DNA of 64,000 nt, from positions 5,952,001 through 6,016,000 of the forward strand of contig OZ260665.1 of NCBI GenBank assembly GCA_965285935.1, read 5' to 3'. Of the stretch, positions 1-14,700 are shown in pieces. The stretch comes from Ophelia neglecta (Eukaryota). Below the pieces are notes generated by a model. The model made no database searches. It was not told the origin of the DNA and saw nothing but the letters and a program-made list of their open reading frames with translations. A program made the position numbers and the translations under genes. Position 1 is the stretch's first letter. Each line of letters starts with the position of its first letter.

Positions 1-70
1 GTGTAATTCATTTTACATCTTTAATTTTCTAAACACGAATAAACCAAGGCAGGCTTAAGACAATAGACTA

Positions 71-247
71 TAGTGAAACCAGCCTTAAAGACCATCTTTT
101 TAAACAAACCACCTGTCAATTCAGACCACTAATATGAGGACCCTGCTGTATACTGTCGATGTTAAATAACCTGTCTACACAGGACATCTCCAAAATTCGA
201 CCAGCCTATTCCAGGCATTTGGTGGCCTTAATTTACAGGTTTCACTA
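71..247. mobile_element. MITE, Tc1/pogo-like non-autonomous element
   Basis: Terminal inverted repeats TAGTGAAACC...GGTTTCACTA flanked by TA at 69-70 and 248-249. Confidence 0.75.
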
Positions 248-699
248 TAGCTATATTTCGTTTAGTACTTTCATTTGTAGTTGTTTCAATTTGTAAATTA
301 ATGATTAAAGTGAATATTTATAATCGAAAAAGTACAACATTTATCACACGTCTTCCAATTGTTATAGCCAGTATAGTATCACTTACAATTTAGAAAAGAA
401 GGAGATTAGCCTAGCGCTACTCGGTCAATCCAAATAAATATGTTTAAACCAATTTAGAAAAGAGCTTTATTAATTGGCATACAACGGATGTGCTGGAGTC
501 ATTAATATATTAGGATGTGTTGTGTCCATGGGAAAGGCTTACCTACATGAAGCATAAAGGTGATCAACTGGAGGACAGTATCACAGATAATTAATGGAGA
601 CCATTAAAAACAGCTTAACCCTTTAGGCGTCGATCGATCTCTGGTATGAGACATCTCTGGAGGTTAAACCTGGGGTATTTGACTCCTTGGTGACAAGTG

Positions 700-2300
700 T
701 GAAACAGCTGACTGAGACACGCAGAAAAAGACAGGTGTTACAGAAGCACTCAAGGCGATTCTAATCAACGTAGAGTCTATGAAGCTTGAGAAACAGCTAA
801 GAGAAATTGACATTAGGCACAAGACATACCCAATGAATAATTGGGCACGAATGTACAAGCGGCAGGTTATGATACTGTTGCAGTTTGAGATGGCCGTGCG
901 TAAAGGTAACTAGCTCTTCTACCGGTTATCACTGGAGCACCTATACAAGTACTTCTTGCAAATTGCAGATTAGATTTTGGTCAAAAATCTCCCGAATTCA
1001 TCGCACGCATGGCCGCCATAAATATCTGATCCACAACTGTGGCAGAGTTTCGTCAATGGTGAGCTCAAAGTGAACACAAGCGTCCAGGTTCCAATCAAAC
1101 GAATTGGAGTTGATCAGCCAATGAAACCCCTAAACAAATCTACAAACGGCCATGGTGAAATTTCTGGATTAACAACACATCCAGCAGCACTATTGAAGAT
1201 TTGTCTCACAGCACCAGAGCTGGCACAACTTCCCGATGGGTCACAATGACCGTTTGCTCCCACTGGCGCAACTGCAGCACGACAACATCACAATCTTTCT
1301 CAATCAATTACTGATAACTGCAGAGCTGAAGGCGGTGTAAGGGCGCTGCAACCTTTTCTCAGATGAGACTGATGATGACAATTCATATTAAAAAGGCCGA
1401 ATTGCTAACCTCATGTCAAAGGAGATCATCGAAGTCCACCAAGCATCCTAACCACAGAAGAGACTGGTATGAAAGCCTAGATCCAGTTTGTAGGAGAACG
1501 CATCATCGGGACTGGCAATTTGTGAGACAAGATGAAAATGTCAAGCAGAAGACATGGACGTATGTTGCAAAGATATTAAATTAAACATTGGATCTGAGGT
1601 GTTGACATTGGAGGCAATCACATTTGCCAGACTGCTGGTTATAGCACGGTCATCTAAAGAGACCGTAAATCCGGAGTTGATTAATTTTGCCTCCACAAAC
1701 AAAGTCCTCGGAATACCAGATGGATATATTCACCCCACTCCAGACACGAGTACCGCGGTAAAACTACTTGAAGACATAGTTATCAACTACACTGCTCAAT
1801 TATCTGCACAGCCTACCGACTGTGAAGAGGGGATGGATACGTTATTTGGGTTGTTGAGTCGGCAGCAGCACAGACATTAGTGGCGGTCAAGACTTTCAAG
1901 ACTTGCAAAGAAATTGCACCAGCATAGGTCTTACTTGTTTTTAAAAAGCTTGTTGATATTTTCTGTTACAGGTCAAATTCGACATCTTCACCAAGGAAGA
2001 ACTACTGAAGGAAGAGACAAATGAGCTGGAGGGGCAAGGTGAAGGGAATAATATCCTACATCGCCAAAGACTCAACAGCAATCAAAACATTTCTCGCCGG
2101 AATCACCACAAATGTTCACTGTATCTGTTAACACTGTATCTTTTCCCAACATCTCTTACGATGCAGTACCTTCAAGGTTATGACTGGAACACGACAGGAG
2201 GATATGAATAGTTATAAATGCGATACAGGGACGGGTGTCAGCACACAGGATGAGGCAGACACTCTCATCATCTACCATACTTCAGTAGTTGCGAGCATTG
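700..2300 (+). pseudogene. Degenerate DNA transposon ORF, probably Academ-type (transposase plus XPG-like nuclease)
   Basis: Frameshifted fragments IGVDQ (1103), GEISGLTTHPAALLKICLTAPELAQL (1154), FARLLVIARSS (~1623) and DEADTLIIYH (2249; HEEADT-like motif). Family assignment is from recalled motifs and boundaries are approximate. Confidence 0.5.
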
Positions 2301-5300
2301 CGATAAATAGCCACATATATTCTAACACGCTTCCATAAATCAATCTCCAACTCTGCAATAATAAGTAGCCGACAGTAGCCAAGGGTTCATCCACAATGGC
2401 CTTTGAAACCCAGACTAGATTGTCATCAATAACAGGCTAAATATATACCACTAACAATATACCGTCAAATAGAAAGTGGTATTTTTCGTGTTTGCAATGA
2501 TTTCCCAATCAAATACTGCTAGTAAATAATATGTTTTGTGCTGAGTGTCTGACTGTTCAAGTTGGAACTTCATTAGTAGTCCCAATTGCGAAGAGATAAG
2601 TCCTTCTATTCCCTCAGACTATAGATAATGATTTACATTTGTTATACTGCCTTGGGGACCATTTCATTAGCAGTATAAAACATTCTAGGACAGTCTGCGC
2701 ACAGTCCATAAACCTAGCAATTTTTCTTTGCTGCTGTTTTAGCGTCAGATAATAGCCTCCGATTGTAATTGACTTAATAGTTCAGTTTATCTTTAATTTC
2801 AATGAGGCTAGAAAGTGTTTCCTATTTTGTGTGTCGGCTCTTGTATCGGTCTGTGATGTGGCCCAATCAGTCAAGTGCTCATTTCACCGTTATTTCTGTA
2901 CAATAACAAATAGAACACTTTTGATTAATTAGCAATTCTCTTGAATTCTGTTATTTGTGATGGCGGCCATTGGATTAAGTGCCCGAAAATATGTTGTCTA
3001 TAAATAATTGATCAACAACATATATTTGTTACATTATATTGTATAAGGTAAATAAAAAAATTATTTTAGGGAAAAATTGCAGATTGGTGGTGCATGCATA
3101 AATACAATACTTCTAGTCTTGTGAAAATCAACTGATAAAAGTCGCCCATTTTGAAATTCAAAATGGAGGTCCTCAAAATTGATGGAAATACTAATGATGT
3201 TTTTGCTAGAATTTGAAAATGGTTGCCAAGAATCTACCCACAAAAATACAAACCTTGTAAATGGTACACAAGCCAACCGACTATAAAGACCGCAGTGGCT
3301 GTTGGTGATCTTTTTCGCTCATCCTAAGGCTAGGTTCACTTGCTTCATACTGATTTTACACCGTGTGATGCGGACGCACGTTATCATTCACAATAACAAG
3401 TAACAGTTTCACCTTACTTATTAAGCATTTTAGTGCATTATCGAGGATATTTTTGTAATTCTCTGCAGTAGACAGGCCTTTTTTTGTCTTGTATTTGTCT
3501 TTCTATTAACATAAAGGTTATATTTACTGGGTACTGGGGATGTAAATGAGTGATTTAATAGAATTTACCTGATGAACGATTTGGTTTTGTCTGCCGGGTA
3601 TACAGCTTGTATTCATTGGTTTTAATATGAATATGAATGCAATATGAGATATGAGATACAATTTCATATATAAGAGTCGGCTTGCATTCATATTAACCCT
3701 GCGAGGTCTGTGATAGCAAAAGTAATAGCCTGCTTGTAGACCGACAAAAAGAAAAGTCGTATTTTGTTGACAAGAATTTTCGAACATGTAATTCTTTCAT
3801 AACACACACTATATGGACTGCCGTTTTGTTGATTCTCGAAGATACACAGTATTTAAATTAATCCAATTCACTTGTTCTCTTGACCCACAGTTAGAACAAC
3901 GCAATAGATACCGTAAGTCGGCTGACCAATGGGTGCGGACTGTTTACAAACTATGTCTTTAGCACTCTCCTATCCATTTCCCTAAGCCATCAGTTGCTCA
4001 TTTAATAGCCAACCTTAACACTATAATAATACTCTCAACTATTGTATGCTTAAACACAACTTAATCCTGATTGCTGGACATAAACTGACACTACCGTTCT
4101 TAACAGGGATCAGACGTTAACCTTTTGTGTAGTAACTGTTCAAAAAGCACTTCAGTCAATAGTAATTTCAATTTCCACATATTAATTACTTACGAATTAC
4201 AAAAACAAAATAGCATTCTCCAGAAATTGCAGAGGACAAGTGGGAACTCTACTCTAATGGAACCTAACATTGATTGCATTCCACCCATATAATCTCTTTA
4301 TCTCTTTAATAAGCAGTAAACCCTTGCCTTTAAACACATTTCAACCTGACAAATTGAAGTGTTTGAATGGACGGAGGAGCTATTATTTATGCAATAAAGC
4401 ACTCATTGTCCATAAAATCGCCGTCAACTTTGGGTTGGTTAACTTCTTTGATGGCCATTATTTTATGCGCAGTTTTGGCCCAGATTCGGCTATTCTGACC
4501 TAAATGGACCATGCAAGTGTTCATTAGTACCCTGGGGAGATATATTGTTTTTAACAGGAGGAAATGGGACATGGTCTATTCCGACCCCGAGTCAGCACTG
4601 CGTCTCATGACTTTCATAGAAAAGGCCGAAACAAGTTCAGCTCCAATTGTAAGATCTGTTATTAAAATATAGAGCAATATACGTGTAGCATTTTTGGTAA
4701 TATATGACTTAACAATTTGGCCGACTCTTGCTTTGAAGTTTGATATATGTACTATTACATTTATAAAAAACAAATAAACCGTTTGTTTTTATTATCTTGG
4801 TTATCGACTTTTAGGGCACATCTAATTTTTGCCCTATTTTGATCACTTAATCATTAGTTGTCTGCTCGGACTCGCATCATTGAACAGTATTGACTATTTC
4901 TCATAAGTGATAAAATTGTATTTTGTATATGCATTGCCCTGGTCCTGTGACTGACGGTAAGTGATGATTTCTGGCCGAGTTTGCTTTGCCAGCCGCGTAT
5001 CTACCCCCATTTTCCTACGTTTTCGTCGGGCCAGGGGTCCGTATACAGGTGTGTACATTAAATCACGAGTGACCTGACCTGAAGCTATTAGTTTCTTCGT
5101 TAGAGCAGAGCTTCATTTTAAAAACTAGACAAGTTAAATACTGACAAGGCTGCTTTAAAAAGGAACTTTCATTCAACTTGTGAGTAAGAACATATACAAC
5201 CGATAACCCTTAATCGCCGAAAAAATACATTTTCAGTTAAACAGTGTCAACATTTCAGCCGTCATGGGTCGTTGCATATAATTATTCCAATGGGTAGTAT

Positions 5301-5648
5301 TTTGATTCCGAGGGAAAGCATACAAATTAAAAGGATAACAAACGTCCCTTGCTCCGCCCTGTGGAGAAATTTACTTTGACAAAGTGGCCGATATACAAAT
5401 AACTCTTCAAGTTGGTAATATTTATCTATTGTTCATGCACATTCACCTTTTGAAATACTTTGTTATATTATATTATATTATGAAAGGTTAATGCAAGGCA
5501 CACAATGATCTGTTGACCTTTATCAGTGACACTTACAAGAGCATAACCCTTATAGTGCATTTAGTCATAAACGTGTTATATAGGTATTTGTTAATCCCTT
5601 GGGCTGTACTGGGGCCGTAACATTATTATTTTTAAATGTCGGAGAGAC

Positions 5649-5761
5649 ATGTTCGCGTTTACTCTCGTCGTCCTCCTCAGCGTTGATCATAACGTGAAAT
5701 TTTGCATCCTCGTTTTTTATGTACCGCGAAGTGTGGAAAACCATTTACCATTGACAGTGGC
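5649..5761 (+). CDS. nAChR candidate exon 1 (signal peptide)
   Basis: [12 protein letters not shown]... ends GC|GTGAGT, in phase with the exon at 6007. The signal peptide is only moderately convincing. Confidence 0.4.
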
Positions 5762-8700
5762 GTGAGTGGTATATATGGCGTAATCTATTACTGAGCGTCT
5801 ACCATTGGCCGCGGTACCATAGAGAGCATGACAGTCGACAATTTTCAACAAACCAATAATTGTTGGATATCGAGTACTGGCATTCTCCTGGAATCTGCAT
5901 CTTGCGAATGTATTTACTTTTCCTATTTTATGCTTATCTTTTACTACATACTTTACTTTTTTATTGAACTGGTCATCATATAGATAAAGCCAATCATTTA
6001 TTACAGAGACGTTGAAGTATCCAATGAGTCCCGGTTGATTGGGTTTCTACTAGGCAAGCTTCACCGTGTTGGAACTCTAGCTCGCCCCGTCACCGACTCC
6101 TCCAAGCCAGTACAAGTCGGCTTCAGAATGACATTTGTTCAACTATTAGATTTTGACGAGACAAAACAGCTCCTGATTACCAATGTCTGGAAGGAATATG
6201 TAAGTTAACAAAATCATTCGATGTTATCAGTCGCATATTTGACAGTATACATTAATCATTTACGCTGGGCGGGTGTGCGGGTGGGTGGGCGTGCATGCGT
6301 GCGTGCGTGCATATCCCCCATTTCCTCGCCGAGTAATGATACGGTGAATATCTCTTAACCGTCTATTTATATAATGATAGCAATGGAAGGACGAGACTCT
6401 GCTGTGGAACCCCTTGGAGTTCGGTGGCATACAGGACTTGCGGCTCCCCCCAGATATAGTGTGGACCCCGGATATCGTGCTCTACAACAAGTAGGTACCA
6501 ACAGATGGAGCACGGCAGGGAAGTGGGAGTGGGTATATTTCATTTCATTTCTAATCGGTTCGCTTCTTAGTTAGAAGGTTAAGTTCATTTATAAATTATT
6601 TATTCCGAAATATTCATGTTGTATTCATTTCTTATTTAACCTTTATAATATTTGTTTGTATATTAAATTTCCGAAAAGTCGGAATTATGTACGTGTCATT
6701 TGATACAACAGCAATAAAATCCATAAGTATTCAATATGATAGGAAACCAAATAACTATCTCTATAACAACCTTTTTGATTTACCGACGAAGAACGCTTAA
6801 TAATAAACATTGTACGGGGGTAAACTTTACCCGGAAGTAAGTGATACTCATTTTCGCCAAAAATCGGCATCACTCCAGATGACTTTTATTTGCTTTCATA
6901 TCATTATATCAAATGGGAGCAAAACCCTGGCAATAATACTTTGACCTTGAGTTCCTGCAATGAAATTACAGAGGCTTTTGCGCTTTCTGATCACCAATCC
7001 TTGACATAAATGGCCAGGCCAGAGGCTATGGAGTATAGGCCAGGTTTGTGCTCGCTAGGGGACGCTGGGGTAGCAAGAGTCGCAGCAGAGCTGCATTGTT
7101 CAATTGTCAGGGTTGGCATACACGTAAAATCAAAGTCGACAAATCTTCCAGGTAATTACCCTCGATCACTCTCTCGTATGTTGCTATGCTAAATGTCAAA
7201 TTGGTAATCTTTTTTTAAAAAAAAGTAACGGCGATAAAAGGATAGGTAAGCTCTGCTTTTGCTGCAGTAATTTTGGCCATTTTAATATAAAGACCCATTG
7301 TATTTGCATTTTGTTCATATGCAATATGTATCAATGACAATTATAATATAGAAGTTGCTCAGGGTTTTGAACTTTCCATTTTTTTTCATAAAGTAAAACG
7401 TCTGTAGAAAACAAATCATGTATTGAATGCTAGTGATGCATGGGGAAAAGTAATTTACTGATAAATGAATAGTGAAAAATCGATGGAGTCCTTTTCATTT
7501 ATGTATACAAGAAGGCTTAAAGAAAAAGACAAACTTATTATAATAATCAGGGAACAGAGTAGTCCCAAATCCGGCATTGAATATGAATTTTAGGTGCCAA
7601 GGTGGGCCACTGGGTGATATATTAAAATCATTAGCTTAAATGACATTTTTTTCACACGATATAAAGTTAAAGTGGCTTTAAGCCGCTGTTTGAAGAAATA
7701 TCAACTGTGCCTGATTTGGGACTGCTTAGCAATATAAGTTATTTTCATTTTCCAGTACGTGGTTTGATTTACTTTTAATCTTAAGATCTATAATACCAGT
7801 GTTCATATGGAGCTGCCACTAATGAATAATGATCCCATCCACCACCATTTATTAGCCATTGTCACATATGCTAGATAATGTGATAGTGCCATAATTCTTG
7901 CTACTTCAGCGCCACCCTCTGTGCAAATCTAAATAGTGCCATATTTTATTTGGCGTATCATATAGGCCTCACAACATGGAGGGAGGTTTAGTCCTGTAGC
8001 GCTATTCTTACATCGTTTATTTCAAATACAACGGACTGTAGATACTAAGCAATGTAACTGATACAAAGAAATACATAAACAGAAATGGCACTTTCAATGA
8101 TTCGATCCATAACGTTCGTTGAACCTGTTTGCGCATTCACTATGTTGTCATGGAAATGCTTTTGTTTTGCGACGCTTATATATTTATATTTTATTTTATT
8201 TCCTGGATATTTTTTAACAGTATTATTTGAAAGTCAATTCGTTACAGTTACCAGATATTTAAGTCATCAAGTGTTTCAGGTGTTTGTTATCACATACGTA
8301 TTCCATTGCACAAAGCTTCAAATAAATAAAATCCTATTAATTGAAAGTTACTCAGGTCAAATTTTATTAGTATTTTAAACTAAATCATATTAAAGTCGTG
8401 ACACTATATTCAGTTTTATTCAGTTCTGTTTGTTTTCACAATACGACTTATATTGAAAATTAATTGCATTCGTGTCTTATGCATGGTAAGAATTCCTAAA
8501 TGGTACTTTGTCCAGACTATTTTCTAGGGAATTCTTTAAATAACACGACTTTCATGGGCCCAAATGATATAATAATATTAACTCATCCCCATCAGTGTAC
8601 CTTTTTCTTCATAGTATTTTGCACCAAAACATGTTGCTAAATTACGGGGAAATGGTAGAGAAATCATGCCTCAGTCATCTTCCTTTTTTTTTGTTTTGTT

Positions 8701-11700
8701 TTTTCAAATTGTTCTTGTATCGTCACGGATCTATGTGATATAGGATCAAACATAATGATTTTATTCGGGCTATAATATACCATTCAAAAATTAACAACAA
8801 TATTGTTTATTTTTATGCCTATTTTTTCGTGCGTTGCCACAAATATATTTTTATTTTCATTATTGATAACTACGTTTAGCCCAATTTTTCCTTGCATATT
8901 CTACTCATGATTTTGTGTGTTTGTGTGTATATCAGTTAACCAAGCCGCTTTTTAGCTTACTGTGTCTTGTGTGTTCAATCTTATTGCATCAATTATACTA
9001 GTTGTTTGGTATCTAACCATTAGGGTACTAATATTTGGTTTCTGGGACGTTAATTGGCATCGTCATCTATTTCTTTGTGTGCATGTTTGTTACACGCGCA
9101 GTTATATCATTAAACATGTCATTTCTGAAGTGTTACTGATTTGTCAATTGATAAACAAAATTGATAATGAATGAAATTTAAACCTGAAGTGTCCTTTGCC
9201 CAGGCCCGATCTACCGCACTTCTCACAGTGTAATTTTGAAATTACCCTCCTTAGAAGCAGAATGCCTCATCATATTGAAGTTGTGTCTTTTTTCTTATTT
9301 TGTGCGACCAAGAGCTAGGTAGGCATGATTAAACATATTAATTAGGGTTCAATTGTTTCATCAGTAGAAATGCACACAATAAGGTAATAACGGTTCATGT
9401 ATAATACACTTGCATAACATAAAGCTGTACGCACAAGATGGTTCCATATTTTGAAAGATTAGCCATCTTTGTTCTATGCATGTTTTAGTGTACTTGTCCA
9501 CAAATATATTTCTCTTCTATTGCTCCTCGATGCATGTTATTTGCTTTCTTCGGTCTAACTTTGAAAGAAAAGCATGATTGGGTAAGCCTATATTGAACGC
9601 TAATAAGTCTCTCAAATGACCCACCATCTATAATCATCACACAACTTAGAGCAGATGAAAATAGAAGAAGACTTAAAATGTCAATGTATGAAAGTCTCCT
9701 AATCGTCTCAAATGCTATATTTTTTTGTTGTAAATAACTTTTGACAAATAGCGAAATCCTGATCATTTTCTTACGTGTGTGGACACAATCCAGCAAGAAA
9801 CACAGAATGCGATTTCTGGACATCGGTCTCCAACTGATATACATTGATACCTAAATATAAACTTCTACTATGCAATTTAGAAAGTACTTAACTTGTTCCA
9901 TTCAAATTACCTGATAACATCGATTCTTGTATTTCTGTTGTGAACGTTTCAATGTCGTTTCTGGTTGTTTAGTTTTCTATAAAAGGTTTGGAACATCTTG
10001 GTTGCCTCTCCTTATAGTAAATTATGTCTGATTGTCATCTGACGCAAGAATGTTCAAAACTGTCAGCGGGGAATATGTATATATATTCTTTTTACACATA
10101 TACAATTGACATCTTCGTCCAAATAAATAAACTTAATTTTGTAATTAATAAATAGTTTATTAATTATTCGGTAATTTTTCGATATACACTATGAGCTACA
10201 CTTTAGGTCCACTTTTATAGATATCAATGGGGAATCCAGTCCCAAGACTGTGCAATGCGCATTAAATACATTGGTTATATATGTGCGCATTTCGATGCCG
10301 ATGTCAAACGGATTGGCCTTTTTCAGCGCGGATGAGCAATACGAGCGAGAGCAGCACCATGAGTTGGTCGCCATCTTCTTTAATGGGACGGTGAAGTGGA
10401 TCCCGAGCGCCATCTATAAGTCGAGCTGCGAAGTGGACATGACTAACTTCCCCTTCGATGTCCAAACCTGCTTTTTCAAAGTGAGTTTCAGCTGACTGGT
10501 GTGTTGTTTTGACTATCGAATATCATGTCCTAATAGGTTTTCGTATAAGTTTGACAAACTGTGCAACTCAGGTCACGCGGTTTCCACATTAATGGCATTA
10601 TAATTATAAGGCTCGTTGCATGTCCATTTCCAAGGATTGGGGATCGATCTTTGTTTGGCCTACAGCTGACGGTTGATGTATAGAATCCCGCTTGCTTAAT
10701 CGGCGTCCACGTGTTTGCATTATTAGCGAGGGGGCTCAAATGCAAACCTAACAAATAACAGCGTATGTGGTGTACATGGCAGGGAACTTTAATTAATTGA
10801 CCAATCTCAGGTACCAGTACATGGTGATGTTGGATACCCTACTAAGCTCGTTTAACCTGCAACACAAATCAGTTATGATGAATGATTAAAATAGAGGTGA
10901 AAAGACAATGCAGACAGTAATGTAAGTTTGGATTGGGTGGGGAAAATAAACTACACCGTTTACGAGCATGGCACAACCGGACCTCGACAGCACAAGGGGC
11001 CCAAACCAACCCTGTAAACACAGCAACCACCTACAGACTTCGCCTCCGTCTATCATTATTGTGCGCGACCTGGTCAGCACACCGGGGCCAAACCCAGCTG
11101 TGCATACTGCAACCACCCACAGGAGTCGCCACCGCCTATTGTAATTCCCGCGCCTGCCCTACTTGCAAAACTTTCCATTTTTACTCCTACTTATTTCCTA
11201 TATTGGCCTTATAGATAATACCCTTATTTCCTTCCTGGTATTCACTCTCGTTGTATATGTTTTATATTAGTTTGGATCATGGACGTATGACGGCTTGAAG
11301 CTGAACCTCCAGTTTTTAAGTGGAGACAGTAACATTGATATGGATGAATATGTAAAATCAGCAGAGTGGGATATACTGGACCACCGCGGTTGGCGCCGGA
11401 CCCGACAGTACCCATGTTGTGGAGACGACCCCTACCCAGAGCTCACCTACACCATTACCCTTAAACGTAAGACAGCCTTCTACGTGGTAGTGCTGGTCCT
11501 GCCCTGTCTTCTCCTCTCGTGCCTTACTCTGGTCATTTTCTGGTTCCCACCACAGAGGCCGGATCGAACAGGATTAGGTAAGCAGTATAAAATATAGTGC
11601 ATGTGCATTGAATCAGTACAGGGGAGAAATTATGATTCGTTTGTGTTATGGTATGACCCGCATCCAAGGGAGCTGTCCACCAATATCCATAGCAAGTCAT

Positions 11701-14700
11701 TTCAAATTATATTTTGTTATTGTCTATTTCTCTACAAACAGCTTCTTTCCAGTTGGGGAATTCAAATTGATTTTGGGGAACCACGGCTCCGGATTATATA
11801 AGTAAAAGAAAAAATATACAGACTATTTCTAGACAATGAGGGGGATTAGTTTTCTATCCATTAAAGCATGCTACAATAAAGCGAACAGTGCAATTCACGG
11901 AAGATGTGTGCAGCGGAAATCCATCAACCCATAAGCAAATTTAGTTACCAAGTCTCCAGTCGTACTCTTTTATATAAACTAAGTGTATATTTATAAATCA
12001 CAATGGATACCTGGAATATCTGCCGCATTTTGTTTTAAATATTAGTTTTGCAACATATAATTGTCTAATCAAACTTCCAGCAGAACGGAAATCTAAAGAA
12101 AATGTACCATGTCAAATTCTTCCACCAACTCACGGAATTGTATTGGTTTATCATTTTGGATTTTGTACCGTCTTTCTACTCCAGGTTTTGTAACGGTCAC
12201 GACGTCACCCACACATAAAAATGAACATTATAAACAGTATAACTTCATTTTAACCGTCAGAGTGTTCCATACTTCCTTTTTGCATGGCATTTTTATAAAG
12301 ATGATTCTTTTTTATTGCAGGGATGAGTTTATTTTCGAGCTTTTTCGTCCTGTTGCTCATTCTAGTACAGGCCTCGCCGCCAACAGCGCAGTCAATATCA
12401 TTACTAGGTAACTATACCAACTTAATACATACGGAATTTAATATGATATAATAAAAATCCAGAGACTGCCTAATTATTCTTTACAAATGTCCAGTTAACT
12501 CAGCAATTTATGCTGAAGGTCTTGCTGTATGCCCCCTATTGTACATGTGTTGTAAATCTCCATGCATAACTATATTCAAAATGTCAATTGTAATGCCTAA
12601 GTGTCAATTCACACATACTCTTATATTTAGGAATAATATTATGATATCTGAAAATGGACATAAATCAAATCATAAAGGGGGGGGGGGTTCATTACGCCGC
12701 TGGGTTTGCTAAAAAATTACTGCATTTCGAAAAATTACATGCGATTGTAACCAGCACAGCTCATTTGTTAAGACGCCAAGTGCTCTATATTCTGGTTTTC
12801 TACTATACTGCCTCATACATCAGAACAATGCGGCTGGAGGAGTTACTTCTTACCTACTTTACCTACCCCGCATATGCACAATTAAAATACATGTTGGTGT
12901 AATGAACTACATATTCCTATATCTCGACACTGCTTTTTTTTTTGCCAATACGGACATCAGGTGCAATATTGTAAAGATTAATGCTGTTCTCAGCAGGCTT
13001 CAGATATGCACAGTATAGTAGTTATAAATTTCATTTATTGTAGTGCCAGTAACAGAGTACGTACAATTGAACATAATATTATTGCCAGTACCTAACGACA
13101 ATACGCAGAGATACTGCGCACACACACAGGCATAGACACACGTTCAAACCATGTAACAACATTTGGTCTCAGAGGAGTTTGAACAGGTAGCTCTCGCTCT
13201 AAAGTCGACTGTTAAACCAGGTTTGCCAAAGGCGTAACCCCTCTAGCTAAGCTAGCATGAGTGTTGTGATCACAACCGCTGGTCTCAGCGGGGTTCAAAG
13301 TCATTACCATATGTTCTCCAGTCAACAGCTCTATCAAGTTTGCCAAACGGGTAACCCCTCTAGATAAGCTAGTAGGAGTGTGGTGAATCATGGTTAAGTG
13401 ACCAAGATCTGCTCATATATCTCTGTTACATTCTCCCCCCCTGCTGAAGAAAAACTTCAAGTAGTCTTGCCAGAAGGCCAACAGTACTTCAAGCACTTCA
13501 CAATGACATTGGTCATCCTGGTAAAGATAGAACACTACAACTGATCAGAGAAAGATGCACCTTGCCTATGATGTCAGAACAAATAGAAGAATGGGTGAAG
13601 AAATGTGACATAGGCTTGATGAGTCCCACTGCTCAACGTGCGCCAATGGTTATCATCAGAACTTCACAACCGCTAGAACTAGTATTATTAGATTTCCTAA
13701 CACTTGAAACTTCTCAAGGAGGTCATCATAACAGCATATTAGTCATCACTGGTCATTCCACAAGGTATGCAGTTGCAGTTCCTACAAGAAATCAGACAGC
13801 CAAGACGACAGCCGGAGATCTTCATTTCATTGTCTTCTTTGGTCTTACACAGATAATCCATAGCGACCAGGGAGCCTGTTTTGAGAGTGACCTGATAAGT
13901 GAAATGTGCAGACTCACAAACATGAGTAGGTCTCGTACATCAATCTATCATCCCAGTGGAAATGGCATGACCGAACGAACGAATCGGACCTTTCTCGACA
14001 TGTTGGGAAACCTCGACCCTGATAAGAAGACAGATTGGAAAACCGACGCAGATCTGATGGGTTACATCTACAACTGCACCACACGTGATAGCACAGGATA
14101 TTTCCCATACTATTTGATGTTTGGAGGAATCCAAGCCTACCAACTGATCTCCTCCTTGGAAAAGAAAAACCTAAAAATTCCTCATATTGTGAATATGTCG
14201 AGCCATTGAAACAGAATCTTAAGAAATCTTATGAAGCCGCTAATGCAGCAGCTGACAAGTCTAGGGAAAACAGAAGGGAGGCTATGATAGGCGAATAAGA
14301 GGAGCCATACCGGAAAAGGGTTACATAGTTCTAATGAAGATACATTCGATCCAGAACAAAAGGGAAGAACAATTATACGTAGTTATCAAACAGGCAAATC
14401 TTGACATCTCAGTTATCCATGTGACGATAGAAGATGATAAAGATGGAGCCAACTGAACAATACATAGAAATCAGTTGTTACCCCTTGGCCCATTGTCCCA
14501 GGCGAATAGAAACCCCGAAGAAGAGCTACCTCTTTCCACTACAGGAATCCTCAGACAACAAAATAATTATATACAAGCATATGAGGCCCCAGAGGAATGT
14601 ACTGACGACGAATCTGATTAAGAGTTTGATGTCTACACAGCAACTTTGACAGAGAATGCATCAGCCTCTGAAAACCAGGTGACCGATCAGAATCGGCGAA

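Noticed and set aside
4929-4957. Alternative nAChR first exon MHCPGPVTD|gtaagt
   Set aside because: It has no hydrophobic signal and would need a rare GAG acceptor at 6008. It could still be a UTR exon.
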